Shown one piece after another: positions 58,466 through 64,000 of a stretch of DNA of 64,000 nt; positions within the stretch are counted from its first letter, which is position 1; every line of letters starts with the position of its first letter. A program made the translations under genes and the position numbers. Under the pieces are notes generated by a model, which was given only the letters and a program-made list of their open reading frames with translations, ran no database searches and was not told the DNA's origin. The stretch is from Methylotenera sp. (GTDB lineage Bacteria > Pseudomonadota > Gammaproteobacteria > Burkholderiales > Methylophilaceae): contig SYKG01000005.1 of the NCBI GenBank assembly GCA_005797835.1, forward strand, positions 3,879 through 67,878. The letters run 5' to 3'.

Positions 58466-59551
58466 ATGATTTCACATTCCCCACAATTTTTCATGAGCGA
58501 GGCTTTGAGGCTTGCAGAAAAAGCTTTATTCACAACGTCTCCTAATCCAAGGGTAGGTTGTGTCATCGTTCAACATAATGAAATTGTAGGTCGTGGTTAT
58601 CATGCCAAAGCTGGAGAATCTCATGCCGAAGTTATTGCTTTAGAAGATGCTGGTAATCGATCAGAAGGAAGTGATGTCTATGTAACATTAGAACCTTGCT
58701 CGTATGTGGGAAGAACACCTCCATGCGTGGATGCTCTAATTAAGGCTAAAGTTAAAAAAGTTTTTATTGCCATGCAAGATCCTAATCCTAGAGTTTCAGG
58801 TCAGGGCATTCAAAAATTAAAAGATGCTCATATTGAAGTTGACGTAGGTGTGATGGAAACAGAAGCGCAATTATTAAATATTGGTTTTATTTCTCGCATG
58901 ACAAAAAAAATACCTTATGTGAGAGCGAAGCTTGCAGTATCACTAGATGGGAAAACTGCATTGCATAATGGAAAGAGCCAATGGATTACGGGAGATAAAG
59001 CGAGAGAGGACGTACAATACTGGCGTGCATCATCTTGTGCGATTGTGACAGGTATTGGAACTGTGCTGCAAGATAATCCAAAACTTTCTGTGAGGCTTTA
59101 TGATGACGCTCGGCAACCTTTGCGTGTGGTGATAGATTCGGAATTAAAAATATCACTAAAAGCAAATATCCTTCTTGAGAAGCCGTTGCTTATAGCTTAT
59201 GCAAATGATAAACAAAAAAAATTACATGAATTAAAAGCTTTAGGTATTGAATGTATTCAATTAGATGATAGTGGTAAGGTCGATTTACTAGCACTTCTTA
59301 AAACGCTTGCAGAGCGTGAGATAAATGAAGTTTGGATCGAGGCAGGTGAAGGTTTAAATGGCGCATTTTTAAAGGCTCATTTGATTGATGAACTCATGAT
59401 TTATTATGCGCCTGTAATTTTAGGATCTGAAGCTAAGGGTATGTTTATATTGCCTGCTTATGAAAACCTAGAAAATAAAATTACCCCAATACTCATTGAT
59501 CATCGCTGGGTGGGTCAAGACTTAAGAATGCGATTTAAATTAAAGGGATGA
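58466..59551 (+). CDS. ribD: Riboflavin biosynthesis deaminase/reductase
   Basis: PNPRVG, HAE, LEPC...TPPC, SLDG, EAG. Confidence 0.97.
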   Translation: MISHSPQFFMSEALRLAEKALFTTSPNPRVGCVIVQHNEIVGRGYHAKAGESHAEVIALEDAGNRSEGSDVYVTLEPCSYVGRTPPCVDALIKAKVKKVFIAMQDPNPRVSGQGIQKLKDAHIEVDVGVMETEAQLLNIGFISRMTKKIPYVRAKLAVSLDGKTALHNGKSQWITGDKAREDVQYWRASSCAIVTGIGTVLQDNPKLSVRLYDDARQPLRVVIDSELKISLKANILLEKPLLIAYANDKQKKLHELKALGIECIQLDDSGKVDLLALLKTLAEREINEVWIEAGEGLNGAFLKAHLIDELMIYYAPVILGSEAKGMFILPAYENLENKITPILIDHRWVGQDLRMRFKLKG

Positions 59552-59557
59552 TTCATA

Positions 59558-60355
59558 ATGCTTATTGACAGCCACTGTCACTTGGATGCAATGGAGTTTA
59601 ATCAAGAACAAGAAGCTATTATTAAAGCAGCACTTGATCATGGCATTGAAAAAATTATCGTTCCCGCAGTTAATCGTAAAAGTTTCGATGATGTTATAGA
59701 AATTAGAAAAAAATTTTCCAATTGCTTCTACGCATTAGGTTTTCATCCAATGCATATCGGTGATATGAAAGATAATGATTTAGACACACTGCAATCTTAT
59801 TTAAATACGTATGAGCCCATTGCAGTGGGTGAGATTGGTTTAGATTTCTTTTTCACTAAAGATAACAAATCTCTTCAAGAAGAAATTTTCATTGCTCAGT
59901 TAAAATTAGCACAAGCATTTGATTTGCCAGTCATCATGCATGTGAGACAAGCCATTGATGATGTCCTTAAATATTTAAGGCGTTATCCGGTGAGAGGCGG
60001 CATCGCTCATGCCTTTAACGGTAGTCGGCAACAAGCAGAAGCTTTTATCCAGTTAGGATTTAAATTGGGCTTTGGGGGTGCCATGACTTATCCCAGGGCT
60101 ACTCATATTCAAGCATTGGCAAAGTCATTACCGATAGAGTCCATCGTCTTAGAAACAGACGCGCCTGATATTCCGCCATCTTGGTTGGGGAACCAGGGAC
60201 GAAATACACCAGGAGAGCTGCTCCAGATCGCAACTTTTTTTGCTGAATTACGTGGTATGAATTTAACTTCAGTGATTGAGCAATCTCATCAGAATACACT
60301 CGATGCACTTCCCAAAATAGCGCAGTTATGCACATTGACCGAGAACTTACATTAA
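59558..60355 (+). CDS. TatD family nuclease
   Basis: DSHCHL, GEIGLD, H.R, HAF, ETDAP. Confidence 0.93.
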   Translation: MLIDSHCHLDAMEFNQEQEAIIKAALDHGIEKIIVPAVNRKSFDDVIEIRKKFSNCFYALGFHPMHIGDMKDNDLDTLQSYLNTYEPIAVGEIGLDFFFTKDNKSLQEEIFIAQLKLAQAFDLPVIMHVRQAIDDVLKYLRRYPVRGGIAHAFNGSRQQAEAFIQLGFKLGFGGAMTYPRATHIQALAKSLPIESIVLETDAPDIPPSWLGNQGRNTPGELLQIATFFAELRGMNLTSVIEQSHQNTLDALPKIAQLCTLTENLH

Positions 60356-60393
60356 CTTAGACCAAAAATTCTAATGAAATTAGGGACATAAGA

Positions 60394-60523
60394 TAACTTA
60401 TTGATTATAAACAAATTTTATTTAGCTTAAAAAATAAGCGATTTAAAAAAATGCTTATAAATTCGAATGTTATAAATTTATGTCACCTTTATCCACAAAG
60501 TTATCCACAGATTTTGTGGAGAT
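60394..60523. promoter_or_regulatory. DnaA-box trio with an IHF site (DARS-like)
   Basis: TTATCCACA (60489-97), 3 nt, TTATCCACA (60501-09), 5 nt, TGTGGAGAT (60515-23). IHF consensus AATCAATAAGTTA on the minus strand at 60394-60406. Confidence 0.72.
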
Positions 60524-60699
60524 GTTTTTTTATTAAAGCGGGTTGACAGCAGCTTATTTTTATCAACAGAAATGCAGCCCATTTATGATTCATGAAGAAA
60601 AACCCTTTGAAATCCCTTTCACTCACTGAGAAACCTCAAACTTCAATTGTGAGACACATGGCTTTAAAGTAAAATAGACTCCCGTCAGCAATTATTTAA

Positions 60700-63185
<2,486 letters not shown>

Positions 63186-63204
63186 ATAATTTATTGGAGA
63201 TTAA

Positions 63205-64000
<796 letters not shown>

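Overview
AT-rich betaproteobacterial chromosome segment. Gene content and compactness suggest a genome-streamlined pelagic Methylophilaceae (Ca. Methylopumilus/OM43-like); this is inferred, and no methylotrophy gene is in the window. Core genes frame the window: glnE on the left, and algC-iscX / glyA-nrdR-ribD-tatD / pyrG-kdsA-eno on the right. Between them lie about 52 kb of accessory genes for oxidative and light stress (msrB, msrA, msrPQ, 1-Cys peroxiredoxin, AOX, FeS (6-4) photolyase), two tandem DTE rhodopsins with crtE-I-B-Y-blh, metal homeostasis (Fur-boxed TonB receptor, Zur-type cluster, HMA/MerT-like cassette), and tdh-kbl, mtnA-aldolase, metY and actP. The most striking unannotated structure is at about 5-23 kb. 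There, up to seven co-oriented, variably decayed copies of one module separate the gene cassettes. On the minus strand the module reads: conserved end motif, tRNA promoter, 5' half of a C-anticodon tRNA. No integrase or intact tRNA is visible in the window. Other observations: a DARS-like DnaA-box trio with an IHF site before pyrG, two CruR/CutF-like putative arrest-peptide uORFs, several unannotated small proteins (two share an LGIAxFxKYLF motif), a candidate C-loop sRNA or attenuator, and repeated leaderless promoter geometry. All calls come from motif recognition by eye; no database searches were run.
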